NCBI GenBank assembly: GCA_002336985.1
Contig: DDFE01000151.1
Coordinates: forward strand, 38,923 to 102,922
Origin: Sphingomonadales bacterium UBA1936
Lineage (GTDB): Bacteria; Pseudomonadota; Alphaproteobacteria; Sphingomonadales; Sphingomonadaceae
Direction: 5' to 3'
Length of the DNA stretch: 64,000 nucleotides
Part shown: piece by piece, positions 39,869 to 48,325 of the stretch
Position numbering within the stretch: position 1 is the stretch's first letter
How the letters are laid out: each line of letters opens with the position of its first letter
The notes under the pieces: generated by a model
The model's input: only the letters and a program-made list of their open reading frames with translations
Databases searched by the model: none
What the model was told of the DNA's origin: nothing
Program-made: the position numbers and the translations under genes

Positions 39869-39913
39869 AAATAGCGCGCCAAAATAAAATCGCGATGTAC
39901 GTGACGTTGGCGT

Positions 39914-39939
39914 GTAACCATTGCCGCCGCGGCGACGAA
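39914..39939 (+). promoter_or_regulatory. SigF-type autoregulatory promoter GTAACC-N16-CGAA
   Basis: GTAACC attgccgccgcggcga CGAA, 21 nt upstream of the sigma factor ATG. Confidence 0.85.
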
Positions 39940-39960
39940 TGCCCTGTCACAGGAGCATGA

Positions 39961-40497
39961 ATGCGGGCGGACGAGAAACAGCTTCGGGCATGGATGTTGG
40001 GTGGGCTGGACGGCAATTCTGCCGACCATGGCTGCCTGTTGCACGCGCTCGTCCCGATCCTGTCGGCGTTTTACAACCGGCGCATGACCGCCTCCCATGA
40101 TGTCGAGGATCTCGTGCAGGAGACACTGATTGCCGTTCACACGCGCCGCTCCACCTACGACCGTGAGCGCCCCTTCACGGCGTGGCTGTTTTCGGTGGCG
40201 CGTTACAAGATGATCGATCATTTCCGGCGCTCGCGCGTGACGACGCCCATCGAAGATCTCGAGCAGATACTGATGGTCGAAGGGTTCGAGAGCAGCAGCG
40301 GTGCTCGCCTGGATATTGACGACCTGCTCGACACCCTGCCCACAAAACAGGCCCGCATGATCCGTGCGACGCGGATCGACGGCGACAGCATCGCCGAGGC
40401 AGCGGCCGCAAGCGGCTATGGCGAATCCGACGTGAAAGTCTCGATCCACCGCGGGCTGAAAGCGCTGACCGCACGTATCCGGGGCAGCGACGTATGA
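39961..40497 (+). CDS. sigF: ECF sigma factor (SigF/ECF16 type)
   Basis: EDLVQETL, FTAWLFSVARYKMIDHFRR, VKVSIHRGLK; adjacent to NrsF. Confidence 0.88.
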   Translation: MRADEKQLRAWMLGGLDGNSADHGCLLHALVPILSAFYNRRMTASHDVEDLVQETLIAVHTRRSTYDRERPFTAWLFSVARYKMIDHFRRSRVTTPIEDLEQILMVEGFESSSGARLDIDDLLDTLPTKQARMIRATRIDGDSIAEAAAASGYGESDVKVSIHRGLKALTARIRGSDV

Positions 40498-41135
40498 AGA
40501 TCGACCAACTCATCGACACCCTCGCCAGCGACGTGAAGCCGGTGCCACGGCACGCGGTCGGAAGGCGATTGACGATCGGCGTTGTGATCGGCGCTCTAGT
40601 CTCAGCCACGCTCGTTCTGGCTTCGCTCGGGGTGCGCCCGGACCTCGGCATCGCGATGCACAGCTTCGCCTTCTGGATGAAATGGACGTACACCCTCTCA
40701 CTGTCCGCCATCGCCATCTACGCGACCGCGCGGCTTGCACGACCCGACCCTGGGCGCCTGCGGGCACTCTGGCTGATCGCAATCCCGGTAAGCCTGCTTG
40801 CCGGTGTTGGTGTGATGGAGCTTGCCCATACCCCCTCAAGCGAATGGCTCGCCATGTGGTTGGGCCGTAGCTGGAGCAAATGCCCGTGGCTGGTCGTGGG
40901 CCTTGCGATGCCGATCTTCATCGGGCTGCTGTGGTCATTCCGTCGCCTTGCACCCACGCGGCTGCGCGCAGCGGGCGCGGCGGCAGGACTTGCGGCGGGC
41001 GCGTTTGCGGCGACGGTTTACTGCCTCCACTGCCCCGAAGTGTCGGCGATCTTCGTGCTGACCTGGTACACACTCGGCATCTTGCTCGCGGCGAGCTTCG
41101 GCGCGCTTGTCGGCCCGCGTCTTTTGCGCTGGTGA
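40494..41135 (+). CDS. nrsF: Anti-sigma factor NrsF (DUF1109)
   Basis: MKIDQLIDTLASD, FWMK, APT, YCLHCPE, WY, GPRLLRW; about six TM segments; ATGA overlap. Confidence 0.88.
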   Translation: MKIDQLIDTLASDVKPVPRHAVGRRLTIGVVIGALVSATLVLASLGVRPDLGIAMHSFAFWMKWTYTLSLSAIAIYATARLARPDPGRLRALWLIAIPVSLLAGVGVMELAHTPSSEWLAMWLGRSWSKCPWLVVGLAMPIFIGLLWSFRRLAPTRLRAAGAAAGLAAGAFAATVYCLHCPEVSAIFVLTWYTLGILLAASFGALVGPRLLRW

Positions 41136-41136
41136 T

Positions 41137-41162
41137 GTAACCGAGGCGGCATCGCCTGCGAA
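41137..41162 (+). promoter_or_regulatory. SigF-type promoter GTAACC-N16-CGAA for bufA2-B-C
   Basis: GTAACC gaggcggcatcgcctg CGAA, starting 1 nt after the nrsF stop. Confidence 0.85.
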
Positions 41163-41200
41163 CTGGAGAGGCCAACCCGGCATATTTCCAGGAGACGATC

Positions 41201-41461
41201 ATGATCACACTTCGCACCGGCACCAGCATTGCCGCTTCCGCAGCACTCATCGCCATTAGCGCCGCTGCCGTTCCAACTGCTGCCGTCGCCAAGGGCGCTG
41301 CGGGCGTCCACTGCTATGGCATCAACACCTGCAAGGGCACGTCGGACTGCAAGACCGCGCACAACGACTGCAAGGGTCAGAACAGCTGCAAGGGCATGGG
41401 ATTCAAGGTCATGTCGGCCAAGAAGTGCACCGCCGCCGGTGGCAGCCTGACCGAGAAATAA
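41201..41461 (+). CDS. BufA2-type bufferin precursor (signal peptide plus 6 Cys)
   Basis: VHCYGINTCKGTSDCKTAHNDCKGQNSCKGMGF...KCTAAGG; AGGAG RBS. Confidence 0.88.
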   Translation: MITLRTGTSIAASAALIAISAAAVPTAAVAKGAAGVHCYGINTCKGTSDCKTAHNDCKGQNSCKGMGFKVMSAKKCTAAGGSLTEK

Positions 41462-41536
41462 TGCCCTAGGTCCGGCGGGTCTCCCAATGACGCCCACCCG
41501 CCGGGCCGCATTCTCCGACTTTTACCGAGGTGTGCG

Positions 41537-42370
41537 ATGACAATTCCCAGCTTTGCCGGGTTCGGACTCGGCCTGCGCAAACCGCATTATCTCGAGTTTA
41601 TCGAGCAGCGTGTCGCGGTCGATTTCGTCGAGGTTATCTCGGAAAACTTCATGGTCGACGGCGGACGACCCAAGCGCATCCTCCACCAGGTTCGCGAAAA
41701 TTATCCCGTGGCGTTACACGGCGTATCGATGTCAGTCGGATCGGCCGACGGCGTAGATACCGCCTACTTGGCACGGCTACGCGCACTGGTCGACGAGATC
41801 GAACCGCTGTTCGTGTCGGACCATCTCTGTTGGACGCAATTCGGCGGGTTCAATTCGCACGACCTGCTGCCACTACCCTACACGGATGAAGCGCTCGACG
41901 TCGTCTGCGCCAATGTGAGTACGGCGCAGGACGCATTGGGACGGCAAATGCTGATCGAGAACCCGTCGAGCTATATTGCGTTCGACAATGACACGATGAG
42001 TGAATGGGCGTTCCTCGACGCACTTTGCGCACGCACCGGATGCGGACTGCTGCTCGACGTCAACAATGTGTTCGTCAGCGCGACGAACCACGGCTTCGAT
42101 CCCATCGCCTATCTCGACGGTGTGCCGCACGACCGCGTGCGACAGGTACACCTCGCCGGCCATTCGCAAGGCGAGGCCATGCTGATCGATACGCACGACC
42201 AGCCTGTGCCACCATCGGTATGGGACTTGTACGCGCATGTCCTTCCGCACCTCGGCCCAGTCGCGACGATGATCGAGCGCGACGATGCGATCCCGCCACT
42301 GCACGAGCTGCTCTCCGAATTGGGCCACGCCCGCGCGATCGGTCAATCGGCGCAGCGGCTAGCGGCATGA
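41537..42370 (+). CDS. DUF692 multinuclear non-heme iron oxidative enzyme (MNIO, BufB-like)
   Basis: GLGLR, EVISENF, LHGVSMS, SDHL, HDLLPLP, IENPS, LLLDVNN, HLAGH, DTHD, ERD. Confidence 0.93.
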   Translation: MTIPSFAGFGLGLRKPHYLEFIEQRVAVDFVEVISENFMVDGGRPKRILHQVRENYPVALHGVSMSVGSADGVDTAYLARLRALVDEIEPLFVSDHLCWTQFGGFNSHDLLPLPYTDEALDVVCANVSTAQDALGRQMLIENPSSYIAFDNDTMSEWAFLDALCARTGCGLLLDVNNVFVSATNHGFDPIAYLDGVPHDRVRQVHLAGHSQGEAMLIDTHDQPVPPSVWDLYAHVLPHLGPVATMIERDDAIPPLHELLSELGHARAIGQSAQRLAA

Positions 42371-43128
42371 CCCTCGCACAGACACAACAAGCATTCAGCG
42401 CGTGGTTGAGCACAGGCGCGTCAGACGCAGGAATGTTCGGCCCTAGCGCTCAGCCCGGCCTCGGAATCTACCAGAATAACTATCGATCGCAGCTCGCGTC
42501 GTGCCTCGAGGACAGTTTCGCCATCACGCGGCAATGGATCGGTGGCGAGGCGTTTCACGATGCCATGGTTCACCATGTCGAACGCGTGCCGCCGAGCAGC
42601 TGGACGCTTGATGCCTATCCGCGCGATTTTCCGGCGACGCTCGCGCTACGCTATCCGGACGATCCGGATGTGACCGAGCTTGCCGAGCTGGAGCTGGCGC
42701 TCGCCGAGGCCTTTGTCGGACAGGATGCGGAAGTGATCGCTGCGGAGCAGCTCGCGCACACCGACTGGAACGAAGCCGTCTTTCGTTTCAGTCCGACGCT
42801 CGACATGCTGCGCTCAACGACAAATGCACCAGCCATCTGGACCGCGCTGGTGAACGAGAGCATGCCTCCGGCCGCCGAATACCTATCTGCACCCGCTGCA
42901 TTGCTGGTCTGGCGTCAGGACGAGGTTTCCAGATTTCGTGTCCTGGGTACGTCAGAGCAGCGGGCCATCCTGGTCATGCGTAACGGCCTGTCCTTTGCGG
43001 CACTGTGCGTACTTCTCATTGACGAAATGGGCGACGAGGCGGGAATTGAAACGGGAGGCGCATGGCTTGGGCAATGGCTCGCTGATGGACTGCTGACCGA
43101 TGTCGTAAGCAACCAGTCTGTGGCTTAG
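42367..43128 (+). CDS. DUF2063 MNIO partner protein (BufC/HvfC-like)
   Basis: LAQTQQAF, GLGIYQNNY, GGEAF, PPSSWTLDAY, ELAELE; ATGA overlap with the MNIO gene. Confidence 0.88.
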   Translation: MTLAQTQQAFSAWLSTGASDAGMFGPSAQPGLGIYQNNYRSQLASCLEDSFAITRQWIGGEAFHDAMVHHVERVPPSSWTLDAYPRDFPATLALRYPDDPDVTELAELELALAEAFVGQDAEVIAAEQLAHTDWNEAVFRFSPTLDMLRSTTNAPAIWTALVNESMPPAAEYLSAPAALLVWRQDEVSRFRVLGTSEQRAILVMRNGLSFAALCVLLIDEMGDEAGIETGGAWLGQWLADGLLTDVVSNQSVA

Positions 43129-43354
43129 TTGGCGTGGTAGGCTTTTATTCCCCGGAACTCGTTTCAGGTCCGATCTGAAATCAAAGATAACGAATCCCCA
43201 ATAAATGGTACAATTTCGTATTCACGCTTGAAACAGAAAAAAGATGCAAGGCACTGAAAAAATATAATCTTTGACTCTTTATCGCTTTGTTCACCATCTC
43301 TGATCTTGGGTTTGATTTTCGAACCCAGAGTAAGGCTTGGGTGTAACTTAGATC

Positions 43355-43876
43355 ATGAAAATCAAATCGCTTGTTCTTGCGACGCTCAGCGTCGCGTCGT
43401 GCCTTGCTGCAGTTCCGGCCTCGGCAGCACCGTTCCTGTTCGAACTGACCGGATCGCGAAGCGCGACCTTCACGATCGATACAGCGATCGCACCCACCAC
43501 ACAGAGCTCAACGGCATTCGGCGATCAGATTTCCTACAACAGCGTCGCGGGCGTTTTCGGCGGCACCACGCAGAATGCGCAAATCGGCTTTGGTACCAAT
43601 ATCTTCGCGCAGTTGAACATCGGCGGGACTCCGCTTGGCTTCACGCAGTTCGGCGGACCCGATCTCTTCACGCTCGTCAATTCCATGCCCGTGTTCAAGA
43701 CCGGTTCGTTTAACCTGACCAGCATTGTGTCGGGATCGAGCACGCTGCGTATTTCGGCTGTAGCCGCCGCTGTGCCTGAGCCCACGACCTGGGCAATGAT
43801 GCTCGTCGGCTTCGGCTCGATCGGTTACGCGATGCGCCGCCGCTCAAAAGTTCGGACGACTGTTCAGTTCGCCTGA
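43355..43876 (+). CDS. PEPxxWA-CTERM sorting domain protein
   Basis: Signal peptide; C-terminal VPEPTTWAMMLVGFGSIGYAMRRR. Confidence 0.9.
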   Translation: MKIKSLVLATLSVASCLAAVPASAAPFLFELTGSRSATFTIDTAIAPTTQSSTAFGDQISYNSVAGVFGGTTQNAQIGFGTNIFAQLNIGGTPLGFTQFGGPDLFTLVNSMPVFKTGSFNLTSIVSGSSTLRISAVAAAVPEPTTWAMMLVGFGSIGYAMRRRSKVRTTVQFA

Positions 43877-43899
43877 GCTAATATATCTGCTTTATAAGT

Positions 43900-43935
43900 G
43901 AGCCGTCGGTCGAAAGGCCGGCGGCTCGTTCTTTT
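43900..43935 (+). terminator. Rho-independent terminator
   Basis: GAGCCGTCGGTC-GAAA-GGCCGGCGGCTC stem-loop followed by GTTCTTTT. Confidence 0.7.
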
Positions 43936-44289
43936 GCAGCGCTGTGTGCACAAGCAGAGATGTCGTGGGTTCGCGAAAGTGCGTCCAGCTGACGCTGTGG
44001 GTCGTACCTGATGCGTGTTTGTTTTCTCCTTCATCGAGGCGTGTTTGCCGGCGCGCTCAGCAAGCGTTGCCGAGCTTGCGGACCTACTTTCCGACATCGT
44101 CGCCTCGCTGACCGCGACGTTCGGCGATCAGGCGATATTGGTCGCTCGCGGCCAACCACCATTTAAAGATGTTGGCAACGATATCGGAATTTCGTGGGGT
44201 GAAGTCACGCAAGCACTCGGAATAATATAAGAACGACGTGCGTAGAAAGCGACCTCAATCTTCGGGCGCCATGAGACTGACTCGCAAGA

Positions 44290-44314
44290 GGAACGTCAGC
44301 AGGCGCGGGCGGTT
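44290..44314 (+). promoter_or_regulatory. EcfG/SigT general-stress-type promoter GGAAC-N17-GTT
   Basis: GGAAC gtcagcaggcgcgggcg GTT, 26 nt upstream of the hemerythrin ATG. Confidence 0.55.
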
Positions 44315-44340
44315 CAACGGACACACCCAGGAGTAAGTCC

Positions 44341-44892
44341 ATGTCAATTCTCGATAAAGTTGCCGCCGCGGTGATGCCGCTGGCGAACGAAGAAGATCGC
44401 GCTGAAGCCCGCGCAAAATTTCGCGGCCTTACCGGGCGCGCGGAATGGGTTGGCATGATCCTCGACCACCATCTGAAGCTGGAAGCCTTGTTTGCTAAAG
44501 CGCTGGGAGCGACTGACAGCGCCGGTCGAGCTGCTGCGCACAAGGAGCTCGGCGTACTACTCACCGGTCACGCGAACGCCGAAGAGTCGGTCCTGTATCC
44601 GGCAATGGTTGATACCGGGCACCAGCATCATGCGACGACGGCGTACACGCAGCAGGCCACGGCCAAGACCGAAATGTTCCTTCTGGAAGGTCTCGATCCG
44701 GCGAGCGAGGATTATTCTGACAAGCTTACGCACGTCCGGGATGCAGTAGCCCAGCACATGTATGAAGAGGAAGGGACGTGGTTTGCTGACCTTGCTCAAA
44801 GCGAAGCCGACCAAGCTGTCCTTACGAAGCGCTACACCGAAGAATTTACCCGCTATGTTGGTAGCGACAACAAGCCCGCGCTATTCAGCTGA
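44341..44892 (+). CDS. Hemerythrin/HHE domain protein
   Basis: DHH, HANAEESVLYP, HMYEEE; AGGAG RBS. Confidence 0.85.
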   Translation: MSILDKVAAAVMPLANEEDRAEARAKFRGLTGRAEWVGMILDHHLKLEALFAKALGATDSAGRAAAHKELGVLLTGHANAEESVLYPAMVDTGHQHHATTAYTQQATAKTEMFLLEGLDPASEDYSDKLTHVRDAVAQHMYEEEGTWFADLAQSEADQAVLTKRYTEEFTRYVGSDNKPALFS

Positions 44893-45121
44893 GCTTGTCG
44901 AATTCGATTGATGCAAAAGCCATTCGCCGTGTGGGCGGACGGCTTGCTTTGAGCGCTACGCCGGCGACGATTGATATTGGACATTTCCGCGACGATCGGG
45001 CCCAACGGCCGCTTTTCAGTTGCGGCGGTTCATCGCTCCACGCGAGAATGGGAGCGCATAGCCGTCACCCCAAACATGACCATTCGTTGCCAGCGACGCT
45101 ACCGTCGTCGGCAACCAGGGC

Positions 45122-45517
45122 TCATCCGGGAATGTAGATTCCACAAAGCTTGTTGCCATCGGGATCGCGCACATAGGCGAGATGGATTGTGCCCATCGCC
45201 GAGTCACGCGGGCCAGGCAGGTCCTCGATCGACGTTCCCCCGTTTGCGACGGCGACATCGTGAAATTCCTGAACCTGCTCAGGTGAATTGCAGGAGAACG
45301 CAACGGTGCCGCCATTGGCGACGGACGCGGGTTCGTCGTTGATCGGCTCCGTCACGATAAAGTTCGTGCCGCCCGCGTTTCGATAGAAGAGGCGGGTATG
45401 GCCACTGCCTGCGATGTTCAGCATCGCTTCGTCCGCGCCAAGCGTGCCGAGCAACGCATTATAGAATCGCTTGGATCGTTCAATATCATTAGACCCGACC
45501 ATCGTGTGGAATAGCAC
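45122..45517 (-). CDS. VOC/glyoxalase family protein
   Basis: GTG start after GGAGAG; HTMVGSNDIERSKRFY, ANGGT, AYVRDPDGNKL. Confidence 0.88.
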   Translation of the reverse strand: MLFHTMVGSNDIERSKRFYNALLGTLGADEAMLNIAGSGHTRLFYRNAGGTNFIVTEPINDEPASVANGGTVAFSCNSPEQVQEFHDVAVANGGTSIEDLPGPRDSAMGTIHLAYVRDPDGNKLCGIYIPG

Positions 45518-45599
45518 GTCAACTCTCCCGGTGTCCGGCAAGCGCTGCATCTGCGGTTCCGGACGGCGGCGATAGCCGGTTTATCAAGGACATCACACC

Positions 45600-45872
45600 G
45601 CTATCGTTGCGTCCGGGCGTATCCGAGGCGACATGGCAAGCATCGTGGTCACCGACGATGGACCGGGCGTCGAACCCGAGGACGTCGACGCCATGCTGCG
45701 TCCGGTTGGCCGGCTCGACGAGGCGCGGAGCACATCCGGTCTCGGTCTCGGTCTCGCGATCGTGAATGGCATCGCACGCCTGCACAGCGGCGTCCTCGAG
45801 CTGGAACACCTAGCACCAGGTTTGTTGGTTTCGATCGGCCTGCCGATATTGGTCGCTGCGAAGGAGGCGTAG
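45600..45872 (+). pseudogene. C-terminal HATPase_c remnant of a sensor histidine kinase
   Basis: VTDDGPGV (G1 box), R.DEARST.GLGLGLAIV..IARLH (G2 box). An in-frame stop lies about 20 codons upstream; no N box or H box. Confidence 0.75.
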
Positions 45873-45932
45873 CCGACCATTCACATTAGCACTCTCGACG
45901 CAACCAAGCTGTGCAACAGCGGCGGCCACCCG

Positions 45933-47000
45933 CTATCTCAAAACATCTTCAGCGTCGACAAGCTGAACGTCTGACATCATGCCGAGATAGGCATCGTAAT
46001 AAGCCTTGTGCGACGATCCGACGATGTTGAGCACGCGCCCGCCCGGTTTATTGGCGAAGGCTGTCCGAATGTTCGCAGTCATGCGGAGGTTTCGCACTTC
46101 CCACCAGGCAAGGTAGGCTCGTCCGTAATTTTCAGGCGAAGCCGCGCTCATCGCGCGCCGGTAGTCGGTAGTGACATAGTCACGCTGCGAAGCCGGCTGA
46201 TTTATGAAGCGATAATAGTCGAGAAGTTCGGCGCCAGTGCGCATTGACGCGCTCATCTGCCGGTCCTTATCGACGATGGCCGACTTTGAGGTCTTCCACA
46301 TGTTCGTCATGTAAGGATCGAAACCCGGTCCAGCCAAAGCCTGAATAGTGTCTGCTGTATGGTCATCCACGGCATAGACGCGCTGAAGACCAAGCCGCGC
46401 GGCAAGAGTAACAGCGATTACGTCAGTTTCGTTTGGCTTGGCCGCTGAGGGTATGAGGATCTTCAGGAGAACGTCATCGACACCATCGCCGGTGCGGCGC
46501 TCGTTGGCGGGCAGCTGCCGCCACTGCACGCGTGCCGAGGGGCGATCGCCGGCCGCAATGAACAGCGCTGCCAAATGGCGACGCTGGGCTGCTGTCGGGT
46601 TGGAAGGCCAATTCGCCATAACTTTGTCGATTTCCGCCATGGCCGCGGGGACCGTCAGTCCCGTGGACTTCTCCGCGTCATCAGTCGGCCAGCAATAGGT
46701 GTCGAACATGTTCGGATATTTTGCGGCGTAGCGCTTCAGAAGGTCGCACTGTTCGCCGGAAATGCCCTCATGCGTGATGATATCCGGCTTGAATGCGGCA
46801 AGCTTTTCCAGAAGCGGCGCCATCATCTCGGGTGTCACCGCATGGTCAAGCTGACTGAGGTGGGTGCTCCCGATCGTCAGGACCTGCGTTGGCGGGCCGG
46901 CCTGCGCGCCCTTCCAGCTTCGAGGATCGAACGCGGGTTTCTGTGCAACCGCCGGCAGCGTAACAAACACGGCGACTACTGCTGCGATACACATCCGCAT
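45933..47000 (-). CDS. Secreted DUF5694-like protein
   Basis: Signal peptide MRMCIAAVV...AVA; VLTIGSTHL, FKPD, WEVRNLRM, IVGSSHK. Confidence 0.7.
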   Translation of the reverse strand: MRMCIAAVVAVFVTLPAVAQKPAFDPRSWKGAQAGPPTQVLTIGSTHLSQLDHAVTPEMMAPLLEKLAAFKPDIITHEGISGEQCDLLKRYAAKYPNMFDTYCWPTDDAEKSTGLTVPAAMAEIDKVMANWPSNPTAAQRRHLAALFIAAGDRPSARVQWRQLPANERRTGDGVDDVLLKILIPSAAKPNETDVIAVTLAARLGLQRVYAVDDHTADTIQALAGPGFDPYMTNMWKTSKSAIVDKDRQMSASMRTGAELLDYYRFINQPASQRDYVTTDYRRAMSAASPENYGRAYLAWWEVRNLRMTANIRTAFANKPGGRVLNIVGSSHKAYYDAYLGMMSDVQLVDAEDVLR

Positions 47001-47363
47001 TACGTTTCCCCCTTGAGCCGTTTCGTCAGTATGCGCAAAGCCGGACCAATTAGGCCGGGCTGGCCCCAAGTCTACCGCTAAGTAGGGCCTGACTGGCCGG
47101 ATCATCGACCCGCGGACGCTGCTTGGTGAAAGGAAGGTCGTCGCGTCTCGTGCGCAAGGTCGACCAGTCCTTGAGTCTTGCGGCAGCGCTACGGACGATT
47201 GAGAGCGGCTCGATGACGACGGCAATTGTGATTTCAAACACGAAGCTTGTGCGAAGCGCCGACGCCTGGCAGTTTCACGTCGTCTGCTCGAGCCGTAAGC
47301 GGTGCACTATCGCGCAAAACGACATAGGCAAACCGACGGAATCCGTCAGTGAATGGGTGTCGT

Positions 47364-47765
47364 CTATTGCGCAGGAATAAGCGCTTCAAGAATACCGCAG
47401 CTAGCCGTCGCGCCGCCAGCGCAGGCGGTGCTCAGCTGAGCAAGTTCCTGACGCAATGCGGTCAGGCTCGCGATCTTCCTGTCGACTTCCTCGATGTGAT
47501 CGCGCGCGGTGTCGTGAACGCTCGCGCATCCCGTCCGCGCGTCGCCTGAAAGGTTTAGAAGCTTTCGAACCTGATCGAGCGAAAAGCCGAGATCGCGCGC
47601 CCGGCGAATAAATTGCAATTGAGCAAGTTCGCTGCTGCCGTAAATCCGGTAGTTGCCGCCGGTTCGTGCAGGCTGGGGAAGAAGACCCGCCTTCTCATAC
47701 CACCGGATCGTCTCGACTTTGGTGTCCGTTGCACGAGACAAATCACCGATCCGAAGTGCAGGCAA
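47364..47765 (-). CDS. MerR-family metal-responsive regulator (CadR/PbrR-like)
   Basis: IGDLS, ETIRWYEKAGLL, GNYRIY, FIRRARDLGFSL; Cys in GCASV and C-x7-C near the C-terminus. Confidence 0.9.
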   Translation of the reverse strand: MPALRIGDLSRATDTKVETIRWYEKAGLLPQPARTGGNYRIYGSSELAQLQFIRRARDLGFSLDQVRKLLNLSGDARTGCASVHDTARDHIEEVDRKIASLTALRQELAQLSTACAGGATASCGILEALIPAQ

Positions 47766-47804
47766 AGCCGTAATCCTAATCGAAGCGAAACATTTCGAAA
47801 TCGC

Positions 47805-47835
47805 TTGACCCTCTAGTGGCTTCAGGGTGCATAGG
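47805..47835 (+). promoter_or_regulatory. MerR-type promoter/operator with 19-bp spacer
   Basis: TTGACC CTCTAGTGGCTTCAGGGTG CATAGG, with dyad ACCCT-N11-AGGGT. This resembles cadA/pbrA operators. Confidence 0.8.
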
Positions 47836-47876
47836 CGAATCTATTCTGGATCGGCAAAAGGCTTTTTGCGGCAAAA

Positions 47877-48269
47877 ATGATCATGCGGTCGCGAGTTACG
47901 GAGAAAGGACTGCGAGGGCGAGGTTTCGCGCCCGTGCGGCAATTTCTCTGCATGCTCGCGTTGGTTTTCGCCATTTTCTCCCTGGCTGGGGGCACCGTCG
48001 CGCACGCTATGGAGCCGGTACAATGTGTCGAGTTGAGCGACACCATGGGCTCGGATCATGTCTCGGGCGACAATGATCAGGTCCCTTCCGATTTCGGCAA
48101 GGCCTCGCCGCATCACCATGGCGGATGCCATAGCCATCAGTTAAGCGAACCGCGCACCGAAGGCATCCCAAGCTTCACACCGTTCTCGGCCGCGACGTTC
48201 GTCTTCAGCGTCGTCGACGCGATCATTTCGACCGAACCGGACCCGGCGCTTCGTCCCCCCATCGCCTGA
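47877..48269 (+). CDS. CzcI-like His/Cys-rich secreted protein upstream of the RND operon (start uncertain)
   Basis: Signal peptide ending AHA; HHHGGCHSH; C-terminal RPPIA. Confidence 0.65.
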   Translation: MIMRSRVTEKGLRGRGFAPVRQFLCMLALVFAIFSLAGGTVAHAMEPVQCVELSDTMGSDHVSGDNDQVPSDFGKASPHHHGGCHSHQLSEPRTEGIPSFTPFSAATFVFSVVDAIISTEPDPALRPPIA

Positions 48270-48325
48270 CATTCCGCTGATCCGCCCGCGCGCGGAGCCA
48301 CAGGATTTGTCAGGAGCTATCTCAC

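Noticed and set aside
44015-44230. 71-aa ORF between the PEP-CTERM and hemerythrin genes
   Set aside because: Plausibly a real small helical protein, but the start is unclear and no family was recognised.
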